DNA of 64,000 nt from Trichoplax adhaerens (taxonomy: Eukaryota; Animalia; Placozoa): the NCBI RefSeq assembly GCF_000150275.1, contig NW_002060946.1, positions 5,742,597 to 5,806,596 of the forward strand. The letters run 5' to 3'. Position 1 is the first letter of the stretch. Every line of letters starts with the position of its first letter. The translations under genes and the position numbers were made by a program. Shown one piece after another: positions 37,341 to 52,269 of this stretch. The notes under the pieces were generated by a model. The model did not search any database. It was not told the origin of the DNA and was given only the letters and a program-made list of their open reading frames with translations.

Positions 37341-40300
37341 TGATAGAACAATATTGATGTAAGAATGCCCTGCCTTTCTCCTATATAATCGTACTAGCTA
37401 CGAAAACAGATAATAGTCTATTCAAATAATATCCAGGAAGCATGGAGAAGATTGAAAGTTATTAAGACCTGTATTAACTCTCAAGATAGTCTAGGATGGC
37501 TTTGTGACTTTAGGTCAACTTGATAACGAGAAAGGTGGGAAAAATAAGTCCATGAGGATAGCCACTAGCCACTGTTATCATCACTTTCCAATTATTATAT
37601 ATATATATTCCGACATTGGCCGTAATATATATATATATAACAAATTAATAAACAACGTCGATATCACCATGACAATAACTGGCTAAGTATGCAAAATTCA
37701 AGAAATGATCTTTGCATTTCTTTTGGCTACGAACAGCTTGTAACAATCTTGGCATGAAGTAGCTCTATTGAGAATTGAAATTTCTATTCCTACACTATAG
37801 AAATCGTAATTAGATATTGAAAAGCCAACCAATTTATGCCCCCCAAATAATGCAAAATATTGCCTAATATCATTGTGAATGAGTAAAATTTAACCCTTGG
37901 ATGACAGCTGAAAGGATCAATAACTCACGTTACTAGGGCCATAGAAATCAATCTATGCAAAAAATTATTCAACACTTCTGATCTGTTCTATAATCATCTC
38001 TGACATCTTGTCAATAGATGCAAAATATCGTATAGTGTGCATAAGTAAAAAGTGTTACGGAATAAATAACTTATTCTCAGAGTTGTAGACAATCTAATTT
38101 TTCAATAGATAAAAAGCGATTCAACATATAGAATCGAGTAGAAAAATGACTTCTGAAATCCTTTACTATATTATCATCTGCTTGGACTTCCAGGTAGACA
38201 AGAATAGATTGATTCGTGAGTCATATTCTTAATTTTAAAAAATGGATTCAGTATTAAAATAATTGACTTACGAGCGCTGTTTGGGTGTCCAAATTGACCT
38301 TGATATCATTTATAAGGGTTTTAAAATACCGAAAGTCTTAGTACAGAATAATTAATTAAGCAATTTATATCAAGGCCAAAGAATAAAAGAAGTAACAAAA
38401 TAGAAATGTACTATATTGATTATTCAATGGACTAAATATACTAAATAGGATAAATAGCAAACATTCGTTTCCTTGTAGATGAGTAATCATTTTTCTCTCC
38501 AATATCTTACTGTTTATCATCTAAATCGATAGCTTAAATTTTTAAACCATTAATGAATTATTTAACTTCAAGAATTTACACGATGCAAGGAACAGATCGA
38601 TTTCTCAATTAATTTTAAATTGGAAATTGATGATAGCGTGAATCATTAGCCAAGTTATCGTGACCATCTTGGGTATTGGTCTGGAATAATCATAAGTATA
38701 TATGGCCTTGTAAATGCAGAGGATTATTCTTTACATTGATTATTTTCAATGGGAAAGTCAATGAATGATCTATTAATTCAAAGTATAGTGGATGATGATT
38801 ATAACTAAAAATAAATCAAATTACTAGTAGAATACAATAAGGCAAGCTAGAAAATTTATAGTAATCATATTTTAATTTTAAAAACAGCTCACTATTACAA
38901 ATTATTTAATCAACTGTAACTATCGCTCTCATCATTTTTATTTTCTTAAGGGGAATTGATTATCTTTTCCTTTTTTCTTTTTCTATTGGCTTTGGCTTTA
39001 TTCTTGAAAAGTAAGACAGTCATAATTATGAGAAAAAATTTTTTAATTCCCTCTATCCAATTTCTGAAATAAACCTGCAAAAAAAGTATTTATAAATTTC
39101 ATAGCATTGTCCAAACAGGTTAAAATGGCTTTCATAATTGGTAAGAATAGTAATTTTAAATTTTTTCTTGGCTATGGTTGGCAACCCTATTCACTATTAC
39201 AATCCCATTATAAAAAATATGCCGGTACCTGTATAGTGAATAGTTAAGATATTCTTGACTCGCTGAATTGGTTTTCTATAGAAAAAAGATACCGGTAATA
39301 ACTATGCTGAATTTGAATGTTCTGAATGAATAACTTTCATATTAATAAAATGACTAATTAGAATTTCTGCTGATCATTTTGCATTTCTGATATATTGCCA
39401 AGGAAAAAACAATTAGTATTTTTCTAAAAATAGCGATTCTGCACAGAATTAGCATGTATAAACTATTGCCTATTCTACAGTCATTACGATCATTTTTCTA
39501 TTTTAATTCTAAAATTCCAAGAGTTAAATTCGAGTGAATCAATCAACATTAAAATTTCCGAAACGATTGAGGAGTTTATATTTTCAAGATAAACTGACTG
39601 AAATGATAGTTTTAATAAATGAAGGTAAAGAAAATTTAACTTTTCAACTCTGCTAGTAAACTAAAAATGCCCAATATTTTTAGACTTAGGTTGCTATTGA
39701 TCTTTAATCTTCATCTTTCCAATTTCTCTATGCCGGTTTAACAGTATCGAAAGAATTTTACTGGTTTGTCTTAATATCATCTATAATATGAAATAATACT
39801 CCCAAGGCGAATCCATGCACTCAAAGTGCATGGATTGTTAATAAGTGACCTCAATGAAGGTATTAAAATTGTATATTTGGACTCACCTCCAGATGGAGGC
39901 GATTATCTAATACACTATTTTCATGCCGAAAGAAGACTAAACAGCTCAAGCTTGTTTATAAAGAAAAAAGATTGAATACCGATTGATTTAATATATATAT
40001 ATGTACATCAGTAATGTGAAAATAGCAGGTGCATCTTTAGGAAATAAGGCTTATTCTTAAAGATGTGCAATTTAATTCAAGCAGAATAGTCAATTTCGTT
40101 ATAATACTGCACTGTTTTCCTTCACGCGCAACCAAGGTGTTATGTAAATAGATAAGTCCAGCTTAATATTGATTTGAATTTTAAAAGTTAATATTATCTA
40201 AGTATAAAATAATCCTGATAAATATCAAACTATAATATGTAACCTTTCATTCTATAGAAAATATTTCAAATTATAATAAATAAAAGAGTTGAAAAGGCAA

Positions 40301-40546
40301 ACGTAATTACCGTCAAAGATCGAAGAATTGCTGCTACCTATTCTATTATTTTAGTTTTTATTTATAAATATCTATTTTTAGCTTATTGTAGTTATGAAAA
40401 ATTTACTGTATAGATCTATTTATCATTAGTTATATAAATCAATTGAAATCTTACGATAAAAGTATTTCATTTCTTTCAATTAAGACAGCAAATCAGTTTA
40501 TGCTTTATTTCTCGCATCTCATTTAGTATATTACCATTTTCTGTTC

Positions 40547-40596
40547 NNNNNNNNNNNNNNNNNNNNNNNNNNNNNNNNNNNNNNNNNNNNNNNNNN
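40547..40596. other. Assembly gap (50 N)
   Basis: Run of N. Confidence 1.
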
Positions 40597-42006
40597 GCTT
40601 ATAAACAAAAACAACGTTAACGTAAGTTTGAGAAGAAGTGAAACATTGGCGTAAATATTTGTGATCTATATTCTTTTGTGATATCAATTTCAAGTTATCT
40701 ACTACTTTGAATAAATGTAACTATTATATTGCGTCTCTTGGTAACTATGTTGCTGTAATTTTCAAATTTCTCATATTCTTATTCTACCTGTAACTGGGAG
40801 GATATATTAAAATTACATATTCAAAATGCACATTTAATCTAAAACTATATAAGCAATTTTCCAATACTAAGTTGGCCAATTTTTACATGCGTCTTTTACG
40901 CTAATAATAACCACTAGGCTTAACTGCTAAGTTAGTGATGTAAATAATTATATATATACAATATTAAATACATCGAATAGAATTGCCCTGCAATCAGAGT
41001 AAGTGTTACTAAACTCATGCTTTAAGCTATTATGACGAGTATACCAGATCGAAATTTAAATTAATATGAAAAAAATAATAGGTAAGAGTGGTTCTTCAAA
41101 ATGAATTTAATCCTAATTTGTAGCATAAATAAACAATCTCAATTCCCAAGGTCCATACGAGTAAAATTGAAAGTAAACGTTTTAGTCAATGCTAAGGTGA
41201 TGGAAAATTGATTGTCACTTGTTATCTGTTATTTATTGCTATACTAACAAAAGATAAAATAGAAATCTGAAGGTTATAGTTAAAATTTTATCGTTTTACA
41301 AACTAAATAGCCTGAAAAGGATTAACTGTAAAAATTTTTAACTATAGCTCGATGTTCAATTGAATGCTCGTAATTATTAAAAGTTTAAGCTACAATGTAA
41401 ATTTGAATATTTGTCACAATTAATTTTTTAATATTGACTGGATTTATTATTTATAAATGACTATAAGGCAAAAATTTTGTGTTAGGGCTGCTACCTTTCA
41501 CTAATTGCGGCACCGATTTTTAATACGGTAAAAAGATATCAATAAGTTGCATATTGTGTAATTATGACTGCTATGAAGATTATTGGTAAACATACTCAGA
41601 TATTACCGTACATTATCTGATATGCGGCACTTCGATTCATTGTACTATTAGCATTTGGATAAGGAAATTCAGTAAGGTTTATTTTCATCTCAATATCAAG
41701 TTCATGTCACAAGATTATATTTGCGACAATAGTCGCAGACGCACAGTCGGAATATCTCTAATTCCTCAATAATATTCTAGTTAAAAGCTGTAGATTTTAA
41801 ATACTACTATTCAAGATTTCTGATTATATCAGTCGGATGAGATAATTTTTGATTGAAAGTACAGCTATGTTCGATGAAAATCTTATTAGGATAGCATAAT
41901 ATATGCAAGTTTATTGAAATACGATTAGGAATTGATTAATTCAATACCGTTGCAGTAAACTTAATAGGAATGCATTATCATGAACTACTAGACGCACTTA
42001 GTACTT

Positions 42007-42070
42007 NNNNNNNNNNNNNNNNNNNNNNNNNNNNNNNNNNNNNNNNNNNNNNNNNNNNNNNNNNNNNNNN
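42007..42070. other. Assembly gap (64 N)
   Basis: Run of N. Confidence 1.
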
Positions 42071-43279
42071 CTAATTTACATAAGCTGTAGCAGTCTTACT
42101 GACAATTAAAGTCGATTTTTGAGTGCCAGGTTTTACGTGGAAATATCAACTGATTGGTATTCCAATTTACAGTAATGTAGAATGGTCATACAACTTATTA
42201 GAAAATCATTGTATGGCGTGATTTTTAGATTAGAAAATGAAATCCATTCAATCATCATCTAATTGATCATAAAATCTGTATTTATGATTAATAAATATCT
42301 CATTATTTATTTCAATTCAATCAATGTATTAAATCAAATCGTCATCTAATTGAGCATTAACTATGATTTTATGATTAATGAAGCTCGATTCTTGTAATCT
42401 GATCAATCAGTCATCTATACAACTCTTAACCTTTGAAACCTAAGAATTCGTTTTTCTTATTCGGAATTCTCCTTATTTGCATAAAATCAATTTCTTATAA
42501 TTTTGATATGATTTTAATATTGTTATCTAATATCTATATTATAGCTGTTCCTTTTATCTGCAATGGAATGATTTCTATGATATTAAATATCAATATGAAT
42601 CGCTATTAAGCGGTAGTAGATTTCATATAATCCTTTTAATCGTTGTAAGAATAATTATAACGCACCATGTTATGTTCCTAATATAATCTATAGAAAATAC
42701 GTATACTTAATAATTTAGTAATTATCATCATTATATTGATTTACACCATAAATGAATATTTCCTTTTATCAAAATACTATTACGGTAAAATGAGTTGTAG
42801 TGGTCAATATGCGATATTTCTACTTACGGTAAGGATTAATACAGGTTATCTATATTATACCTTTAAATGACTGGTATCTTCATTATTGCTTTCTTATTTT
42901 AAATTAAACATTACATCATTAAATATCTCAATATTTATTGATACACATCTTAAGCAATTGTATGCATAGTTAATAGTCGATAATCGTAACTTCGGCTAAT
43001 GTTCTAGGAAGATCATTAGACGGATATGTAAATTCCATGCTTCAACGATGCCATTTTAGCCATCTGGCCTTTTAAAAATTAAAAATTTCCATTGACAAAG
43101 AAAATGATAAACCTGATTTAATTTACGGAGATTCTGGTTACTTAATGCTTTCTTCCCTATGAGTATAATAAATTGCACAGTTGCTATCCTTTAACATGCC
43201 CTTATTACCTTGATATTAAGGGTTAAATTTATAGCCTACAATATTCATTGATTTAATAGAAATGATAGAATGATGAGGT

Positions 43280-44010
43280 AGTATCAATTGATCATGTATT
43301 AATTATGCAGAAGAAATCATTCTCCAATGATAAACATTTCTGATAAATAAAATTCAATTGTACTGGAGATAAAGTATATCAATAATGAACATGATGGCTT
43401 AAATAATGGATATTGTCAACGTCTAAGCTGTCGCAATTTAGGTCCCTGTCATGAGAGAAAATTAAAGGGAAAGAATATACATATAGTTACATTATTAGAT
43501 ATGATATTGCACATGGGTTAATTTAGTTACAAAGAAACTTATAAAATGCTAAACGGCATCAGTTAAATCAGTCGTGTTTGAAGTTGAATAACCCCTTCGT
43601 TACAAGCAAATAAACTAATGTAGCAATTATACAATGCATGTTATGATATTCTAATTATTTATATTGTTGATCATGGAAAGCTATCAATTTTTCCTATCGC
43701 AAAACAAAATAAATTTACTTATTTCCGGATTTACTAGAATCTAAACAGAAATATAAGTTAGGTTATTATCCATTCTACTATGCTATTACTAATTAATACG
43801 TTAATTCAATTAGATAAGCTACTCACTTTGCACTCATGATAATGGAGTTTCACTCTGTTTCGATCATATTTTGGCTTTGGATTGAGGACAGGATACATTC
43901 AATGTTGAAAATGAACTCAATATTATAAGGATACAAATGATAAGAAGAAAATAGCATGATTTACGATATCATCCCAGGTTTAATACTTATTTTCATGCTT
44001 AGAATCGATC
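43280..44010 (+). pseudogene. Possible decayed protein kinase domain remnant
   Basis: Collinear motif traces IM(E)YC (43403), DIAHGLI*LQ (43503), DILIIYIVDHG (43645), YLFPDLL (43716), YSL/ALMIMEF (43820), LIFMLRID (43986). Confidence 0.35.
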
Positions 44011-44691
44011 TTTTTAGTATCATCATCCTTTAATCTCTGTGCGTCATTTTGGTTCTAGGTCACAGATAAAGTAACGACATCCTAATCATCTTCAATCTAT
44101 CTATTTTCTTTGGGCAATTGTATGTTTCATTTAAATTTACTCTGAAATCTAAGATTTGTATTGCTTTTAATAAAAAATTACTCTTAAATTGAAGAGTACT
44201 TAATAACAGCTTAAAGTACCTCATCATTATAATTATACCATTTTGATAGAAGCCAATTATTACTTGTAGATATTATCAATTAGCTTTGTTCGAGACTCAA
44301 ATAGAAATTTCCAGGAAACTATTCATAAGTACAAGAATGAAAAGCAACTGTCAGGAAGTGAATGAATAGACGTTAGAAGATGGAGAAACTCAATTTTAAA
44401 TCTGTCAGTTTGCAGCAGAGTTTGTACTTGATAATTTTATAAACAAAAAGGATGGAATATAATGATGATTAAGAGGTAGAATACAGGAAATTATTGATCC
44501 AATACATTAGTTTATTGCTATCGATATCGTCACTAAGTAGAGCAGAAACGCAGAATAGTTTTAATTTCCGGTTCCTTTTACAATGACCAGGTGATTCTAA
44601 GTCAAACATAGCACCTCCAGTTTTCTGTTCTAGATATTGTCTCGCTTTCTATGATGGCTTCATTAAAGGATCTTGCACATGTCTGTATTTT

Positions 44692-45300
44692 AATTATACT
44701 CTAGTGTTGTAATCTTTAATATCTTTTAAAGTATTATAGTTTCTGAGCCTTTTAACTATGATATACTTTGCTTGTTATAAGTTTACTATTTTACCTACAA
44801 AGAGATCCTTCCATTATTTGAGACAATGATTAAATAAAATTTAATGATACTCTGATATTGTATACTCTTTCATATTTTTTTAATTTTGGGAATTTCCCCA
44901 GCTCTTTAACCGTGATATGTTTTATTTGCTATAAATTTACTGTTCTGCCGATTTAGAGTACCTTCTATCATTTTAGATGATGATCTAATAAAATCCATTA
45001 AATAGTATTTAATTAGACACTGATGTTGTATAGTTTTTTATATCTTTTAAAGAATTGAAATTTCCACTCTTTGACCATGTTATACTTCATTTGTATAAAT
45101 TTACTATTTTGCTTGTTTAGAGCTTTGTCTATCATTTTAAATGATAACCAAATAAAATTGAATTATACTCTGATGTTGTATAATCTTTTAAATTTTTTAA
45201 AGTATTAGAGTTCCTCAGCTCTTTAATCATGATATATTTTACTTTTTATACAGTTGCTATTTTGCCCATTTAAAGCATCTTCAATCATTTTAGATGCTAT
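44692..45300. repeat. Degenerate tandem array, ~150-168 bp, 4 units
   Basis: aat.atactctgat.ttgta-like anchors at ~44692, 44843, 45011, 45161. Confidence 0.75.
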
Positions 45301-45879
45301 TACGAATATAATCACCTATATCAGCACTGGCCAACATAAATTAGAGGCAACTGTGCTTAACATTATTTCCGAAATTAGTGCATGCTATTTTTTTAATGGT
45401 TTCTCGGAATTTTAGTTGTCTTAAAATAAATATCTGTACGCGTACAATACTATTACTTGCATTGAACGGATACAGTGCTTAATAATGTTTTCAATGTCCA
45501 TTATCTAATGCATGAAAATTGCTGTACCTAGTATATCACAAATTTAATTTTATTTTACCTAGATAAAATGAATTCAGCAGTCTTGTATTCAATCCCTTAA
45601 CCAGCAATATATTATAATCGAACATATTATCATAAGTTTATTTTATTAATTATAGCTATATAGTTACGACTGCTATAAGTGTATATTAGTAGTGAAAATT
45701 TTCTACCGTAAGAACTCCATTACGCTATGTGACTGGAATTAGTCGATATATGGACTTGGGACTGTACAGTACTTAACTTTCGGAATAAAATTAGTTTCTC
45801 TTTAAAAGGCTGGCGTAAATCAATGAAGGACTATTAGGTGATCATGGACGGAATTGGTAGATTTACGTGGCTTAAGACT

Positions 45880-47560
45880 TTCAATTTACTGTAAAACAGA
45901 AACCAGTATTTCTTTGCAAGCCTCACTCACCTCAATGAAGCAAACTTAATAGTCAAGGCAATATGGTTATACGTTGCAATCGCCATCATAATGCTAGCAC
46001 ACTAATACTATCTGACAACTTCTCAAGGTTGACTAGCTTCGAAAAATTGATCTCGCTATCATGATCGAATTTTTAGTGACTTTACGAGCCTAAAACTTGC
46101 ATTAAACTACTTACTATCAAAATCAAAATTAATCTAAAATTGCAAGCTCAGTTTAGTTCAGTGAGGTCAATTCAATAATTATAGCAAAGCTACATGATTA
46201 TGTGCCTAAAATACAAACATGCCAGAAAAGACAGCATTTTCAAAACTTGCATGCTTCAAGATCTCTTTCGTAATATCTCAATCGAATATAGTCAATTGAC
46301 GGACCTGAAACTTTTATTGAACTAAAAAACTTAAAATTAGTTTACTTTTATTAGTCTAGCCTACCTCAATGGTGTCAATTCAATAATCAGGACTAAGTGA
46401 ATATGTATATGTTGTATATAATTAATGCAAACTTGGCAGAAATGACATTATTTCTTAAATTTGAGCGCATTAAGAATTCTTTGACACTATCTTTGATCGA
46501 TTTTATTAGAATTATGGGCCTATGGCTCCTATAAAAGTATAGAAATCAAAGATTAGGTTACTTTGCAAGCTTAGTCTACCTCAATGAAGCCAATTTGATA
46601 ATCAAGGCCCATGGTTACGAGTTGTACGGTATGCCAGCATGCCAATGATGACAGTTTTTCCATGGTTTTCTATCACACTATGGCAAAATCTATTAAATTT
46701 ATGGACCTAAGACTTGTATTAAAGTATAGAAATTAAAATGAAGGTTATTTTGCAAGCTTACAGCAAACTACCCCGATGAGGCTAATATAATAATCAAGGC
46801 TACATGGATACGAGTGGTATGCAAGTATGCCAGGGAAAGATAGTTTTTTCCAAGGTTTGCATACCCGGATAACTATCTCACAACGATGACCAAATTGAGC
46901 ATTTTACGGGGCTGAAGCTTTCGCATTAGAGTATAAAAACCGAATTTAGTGTTTCTTTGCAAGCCTGGTTTACCTCAATGAGGCTAATTTAATAAACTAG
47001 AGCTTCCTGGCTATGCTTGAAACTGCAAGTCTGCCAGAAATGACAGCTTTACACAGGCTTGCGAGCGTTAGCAACTTGATCACGCTATTACGGCCTAAGT
47101 TGCTCGATATAGGAGGGTGCCTAAGACTTGTATGAAACTTTAGAAACGAACTCTAGGGTTCATTAGCACGGTTAATGTAATGAATTAGAGCTCTCCTAGT
47201 TATAAATGAAGCTGTAAACCTGCTAGAAATGACACCTTTTTAAAGGTTTGCAAGCTTTAGGAACTCCATCACGCTATCTCGACTTCAATTGGTTGATATG
47301 GGGTTTGTTAGACTTGTATTTAACTTTAGAAACAAAACCTAGAGTTTGTTAGCAAGGCTGACCTACCTCAATGAAGTTAATTTAATCCACTAGGGCTGCC
47401 ATGATCGACTGACATTGTCTCAAATGCTGGCAAGTTTTAGGAACCCTCCCACGCTTGCGTACCTAATTTAGTGGATTTGCTAGCCTAAAACTTGTTAATT
47501 ACGCCATAGGCACAAAAACATGAGTTTGAATTTGCGAGGTGGCCTACATCAATCATTCTT
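45880..47560. repeat. Degenerate tandem array, ~200-220 bp, ~8 units
   Basis: tttgcaagc...acctcaatga anchors at ~45929, 46363, 46578, 46770, 46972, 47365. Confidence 0.75.
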
Positions 47561-48869
47561 GCAGGAGTGAAGTCGTGACAGTTAGATGAACATATTGGCA
47601 GCATTAAAGTTCTATCAATCTGTTTTGTCCAGCAGATTCTTTCATTTTCATAGTTCTAAACTTTTATATTATCATCTTCCAATTATATCCATTGCGATCT
47701 ATTTTGAAAAAAGCGATGGAATGCAACTTTTATACTGCCTTCAATCGCTAAAAATTAACAATACTTCCTGGTTACGGAATAGAACACTTCTCTGTTGATA
47801 AATTTATTCCCAAAACAGTAATATTGTTTCTTGCAGTTAACAAATCATTATAATAACAAAATACGCTTTGCTATATCAATTCAAATTAAGATGATATCTC
47901 CATTTGCATAAGCGCATGAAACAATATTGATTGAAAAATACCACTAATTGAATATTATTTAGCGTAATAATCATTGTTGACAGGGAAACTAAAATGTTTT
48001 CGAACTATTTACTTAACGACATATTAATAAAGACTTATTTAGAAGTCCGCAAATCATGAAAGGAAAATGGCTCGCTTAATTGATTAAGTTTCTTCTATTT
48101 GACGATAGCTATCATTTATTTATAAAATTTAAAGAATGTTAAAAATTATCATTGATTTCATTTAATAGGCTGATAAAGGTAGTCTATATGAATTAACACT
48201 TTATTATTTGATCCTTTGTAAATGAAATCTTATAGCCAAAAATGAAGCCAAGTATTTACCGTAAGAATTATCCTATAACTGCAACGGTGCTGACACATAA
48301 TATTGGAGCGATGGACTAGACTAATGTATGCATCAATTTGTTCTTAGCTAGCTTTAAATACGGTAAGAATTACGTGCAAAATTTTGTATCATATTCCATA
48401 GCTTTAGAAAAATCTATGCAAATTCATTTGGATATCATACCAGTAAGAATAATTACTTATCAACATTGTGATGTTGAAGAACTTTGAAATCACGATCGCT
48501 ATAACTACGTAAATCCAAGAATATGAATGCCACTTATATTTATGTAATTAGAGTTAGTGCTATTCCAATGCCTTGATCTAACATTAGTCTATCTCGATTA
48601 AATTTTTGACGCAGTAAAAAATACCTTGTAAAGATCATTCTTCGGATGTTGAAGAAATAGGTTGTGGCTTTTGGCAATAATATGTTTTAACTCAGCGAAA
48701 TGCTAGAAAAATAACATTTATTCCATGATTAGCATTGCTTTAAACCATTGCACTTAGTTATCTTCGCTGTATTAATCGCCGTTGTTTATTCAATTCTAGT
48801 TATAAGTGCAAACTCGGATATAGTCAGAACATCAAATTACATCGAATAAATTTGTATACATATTCTTCT

Positions 48870-49960
48870 ACAACCTATCGAAAGGCTATAATTATAAAAA
48901 TATGACGGGTGCCTAAGAATTTTTCCTTTGTAATAAAGGAAATTGGGTTAATAAGCTTAAGTAGAGATTCAAATTATTTGTGTGTATGTATACGCGTAAA
49001 TTCAAAATTAGATTTTATCCTAGATAAGTTCAAGTTTCCGAAATGATATATCATTATTGTGAATACTTAATTAAGGAGCTTTCCTTTGCAATATAAAAAT
49101 TGGCTTAACGAGCTTATTAAGAGTCCAAATGAATTTTGTTTATATTTAAAATTAAGTTTTCGAAACGATATAACCACTATGAATGCTTACAAAATTTTTC
49201 CTTCATAATTAATACAAGAAACCCGCTAATAAAGCTTATCAGAAGTCTAAATTATTTGTGTATATGTTATATATCTAAAGCTAAATTTTATCCTAGTTCA
49301 AGTTTCCGAAACGATATCATTATGACGGACGCTTAAGAAACTTTCCGTTATAATAAAGAAACTGGCTTAATAATAAGTTTACTAGTAGTCCAAATTTTTT
49401 GTGTGTATATTTAAAATAAACTTTATACTATTTCAAGTTTCCGAAACGATATCATTATGGCGAATGCTAAAGAAAATTTTCTTTACAATCAAAGAAATGG
49501 GCTTAATAACCTTAGTTCAAGTTTCCGAAACGATATCATTATTACGTAAGCATTAAGCAACCTTTATAATAATAAAAGAAAGAGGCTTAATAAGCTCAAT
49601 TAAGGATTCGAATTACTTGCAAGTATATTTAAAATTAAATTTTATCCTAGTTGAAGTTTCTAAAACGATATTATTATGACTGATACTTTAGAAACTTTTC
49701 TTTATACTGATAGAAACTAGCTTAATAAGCTTATTAGGAGTCCAAATTGCTTTTATATGGTATATTCAAAATTAAACTTTACCTTACTTCAAGTTTCCGA
49801 AATGATATCATTATTATAGGTGCTTAAGGAACTTTCATAGTAAAAGAAATTGGCTTAATAAGTTTTGTCCAAGTTTCCAAACGATATTATTATAACTTAT
49901 GCTTAAAAATTCTCCATCATAATGAAAGAAATTGACTTATTGAGAAATCTTATTAGGAGT
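48870..49960. repeat. Degenerate tandem array, ~120-145 bp units with two truncated ~80-bp units
   Basis: aagtttccgaaa.gatat-like anchors at ~49032, 49154, 49300, 49435, 49519, 49654, 49791, 49870. Confidence 0.8.
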
Positions 49961-51009
49961 TAAGACTGTGTTTCAAGCCGGTTCAGTTTTTAATTTATTA
50001 TGACCTTCACTCTGATATGGACAGGTAGTTTAGCAGGTCCTTTATCCAAATGTGCCTTCTTATTTTAAGTTTCTAGTGAGACTTTGCAATTGCTAGATAG
50101 CTACTAATATAACTAAACGGTAAAAAAATTGAATCGAATCGAATGTCAATGTTGAACCGCTAGCTATAAAATGAATTTTTCCAAGGAATGAAACAATAAT
50201 AAAGTTAGTATACATCATTCATTCTATTAACGTAACATTAAATTCTTTAAAAAGTCAGCACCTTGGCAATAATAGCAAGTGCTTTAACTTAGCAGCTTCT
50301 AATTAGATTTCGAGTAGAAGTAACCTGGTAACTAAAATCATTATTTTAGGGTTAAAAGGGCGACTATTAACTGCATTAAATGGATCAGTCCAAGACTGAA
50401 TGATAAATGGAAGATATGATTTTCATTTTCATGGTTGCACTTCATTTGGCTATTATTGTGCCCACTTGAAAATAATAGTATTCTAATTTAGACATGTACC
50501 ATTAGGCAAATTTTCGAGTCAAGAATTCTGCTTAATTATGTTCTAAGAATATTTTAAAGCAACTATTTCATGGTGAAGGATTGGACTCGATAACTAAGTG
50601 ACATAACCTTTCCACCTATTCGATACTTAGAATATTGATCAACATCTAACTCCCTAAATTAATTTTGTTACAATCTATTCTATACAGAAACTACTTCTTA
50701 TTTCTAGGGCAATATTTCTAATTACTGTTACGTAGAAGCAGTTAGATCGGCCACTCTACTTAAAGCAACTGAAATTTTGAATAGTTTATAACCATTTGAG
50801 AAATTCTCTTACTCTTTAAAATCCAATAATTCATGTGATGCATTTGATCTCACTCACTCAGCTATAGGATTGTGGTAGCTTATTAAGCAATGTTTTTTTT
50901 TTACTTTTAGCAATCTCGTTAAAACTATTGAATGAGAGGAATTTCTTGTGGTCAGATAAAGCTGATTAGTGTTATTAGCAGTATATGTAGTATTCTGTTT
51001 ATAGTAAGT

Positions 51010-51670
51010 GAGATTGATATTGCAAGATACTGTAGCCAGTCAAATACATAATTTTTACCTATTACTAGCAATTAGATTTAAGCTATTCAGCACAAAGCAT
51101 TTTAGACACTAGTTACAAAGCAGTTCAAGCGTTTTTTCCGAGATACTGTAATCTATTAGAAATCACTTTGCCGATGATCACTTGTAGTGTTTTTTTATAG
51201 CAAACGAGTTCGATATTGCAAGATACTGTAGCCACCCAAATGCATAATTTTCACCGATAGCTTACTATTAGGTTTTTAGCTATTCAGTATGAAGCATTTT
51301 AGACACTAGTTACAGAGTCGTTTAAGTATTTTTTCCTGGATAATCTATTAAAAATCACTTTTCCGACGATCACTTTTTGCCTTCTTTTTACAGCGAACGA
51401 GTTCGATATAGTAAGACACTGTACCCAACCAAACGTATCATTTTACCAATTGCTAGCTACTAGATTTCAGCTAAAATATCTTAGAAACTAGGATTATCCT
51501 TTAGATTCAGCTTTTCGATGATTATAATACATGTGATAATCGTCGATAATTTTACTTATCCCTAGCCACCCAATTTTCAGCTAGTCGACACAAAGCATCT
51601 TAGACACTAATTATAAGGTAATCTAGACGTTTTATCCGAGATCATCCTTCGGATTTCGCTTTTCGATGAT
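51010..51670. repeat. Degenerate tandem array, ~195 bp, ~3 units
   Basis: gatattgcaagatactgtagcc-like anchors at 51017, 51212, 51405; agcattttagacactagtta recurs. Confidence 0.75.
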
Positions 51671-52269
51671 TAGCCAGTCTTAGTGGTGAGATTTATCATG
51701 GTTGATGGCTTCCAAATCACCAGAAAATAAACTCATTTTAAGTAGAGTGATGGCAATGCGAAGAGCATTCGACTGTCAGCTGAAAGAAGATAGCGTACAA
51801 ATTAGTCCAGAAAAGATCGTTTACCGTATTTAGCACAAAATCATATATAGTAGTAAAAGGAACATTAACTTCAGATATAATTAGCTTTAAGCAGTAGTAA
51901 CAGTACTGAAAAGTATAATGGGAGTTAAAACTAATGCTATTCCATTATAGGGTTAGCTAACTTATCTAATACAATTGATTTAAACTTTTCATTAAAAACA
52001 TGAGATAACTTCTTGCAGTTGAAGGAACTTTAGTTATGGACGTATGGTAGGCAAATAGCGTAGGTTGCTTGTGCATTAGGTTAACAATTAATGGAATAGA
52101 AAGAATAAATCTGATGTACTTTCAGTAATAAAAAATACAATAATTCCTGAGTGTTTATCACGACTGTTACTTAGCCAGGCATAAATACGATAAAGTAATT
52201 TATCTCTAGTCAGACCATCTTATCTTTTATAGAACTTATTACTAAAAAGTGGAAACAGCAAGTCCTGCG

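Noticed and set aside
44330-44690. Purine-rich, coding-like patch after the kinase ghost
   Set aside because: Multiple stops and no assignable family motif.
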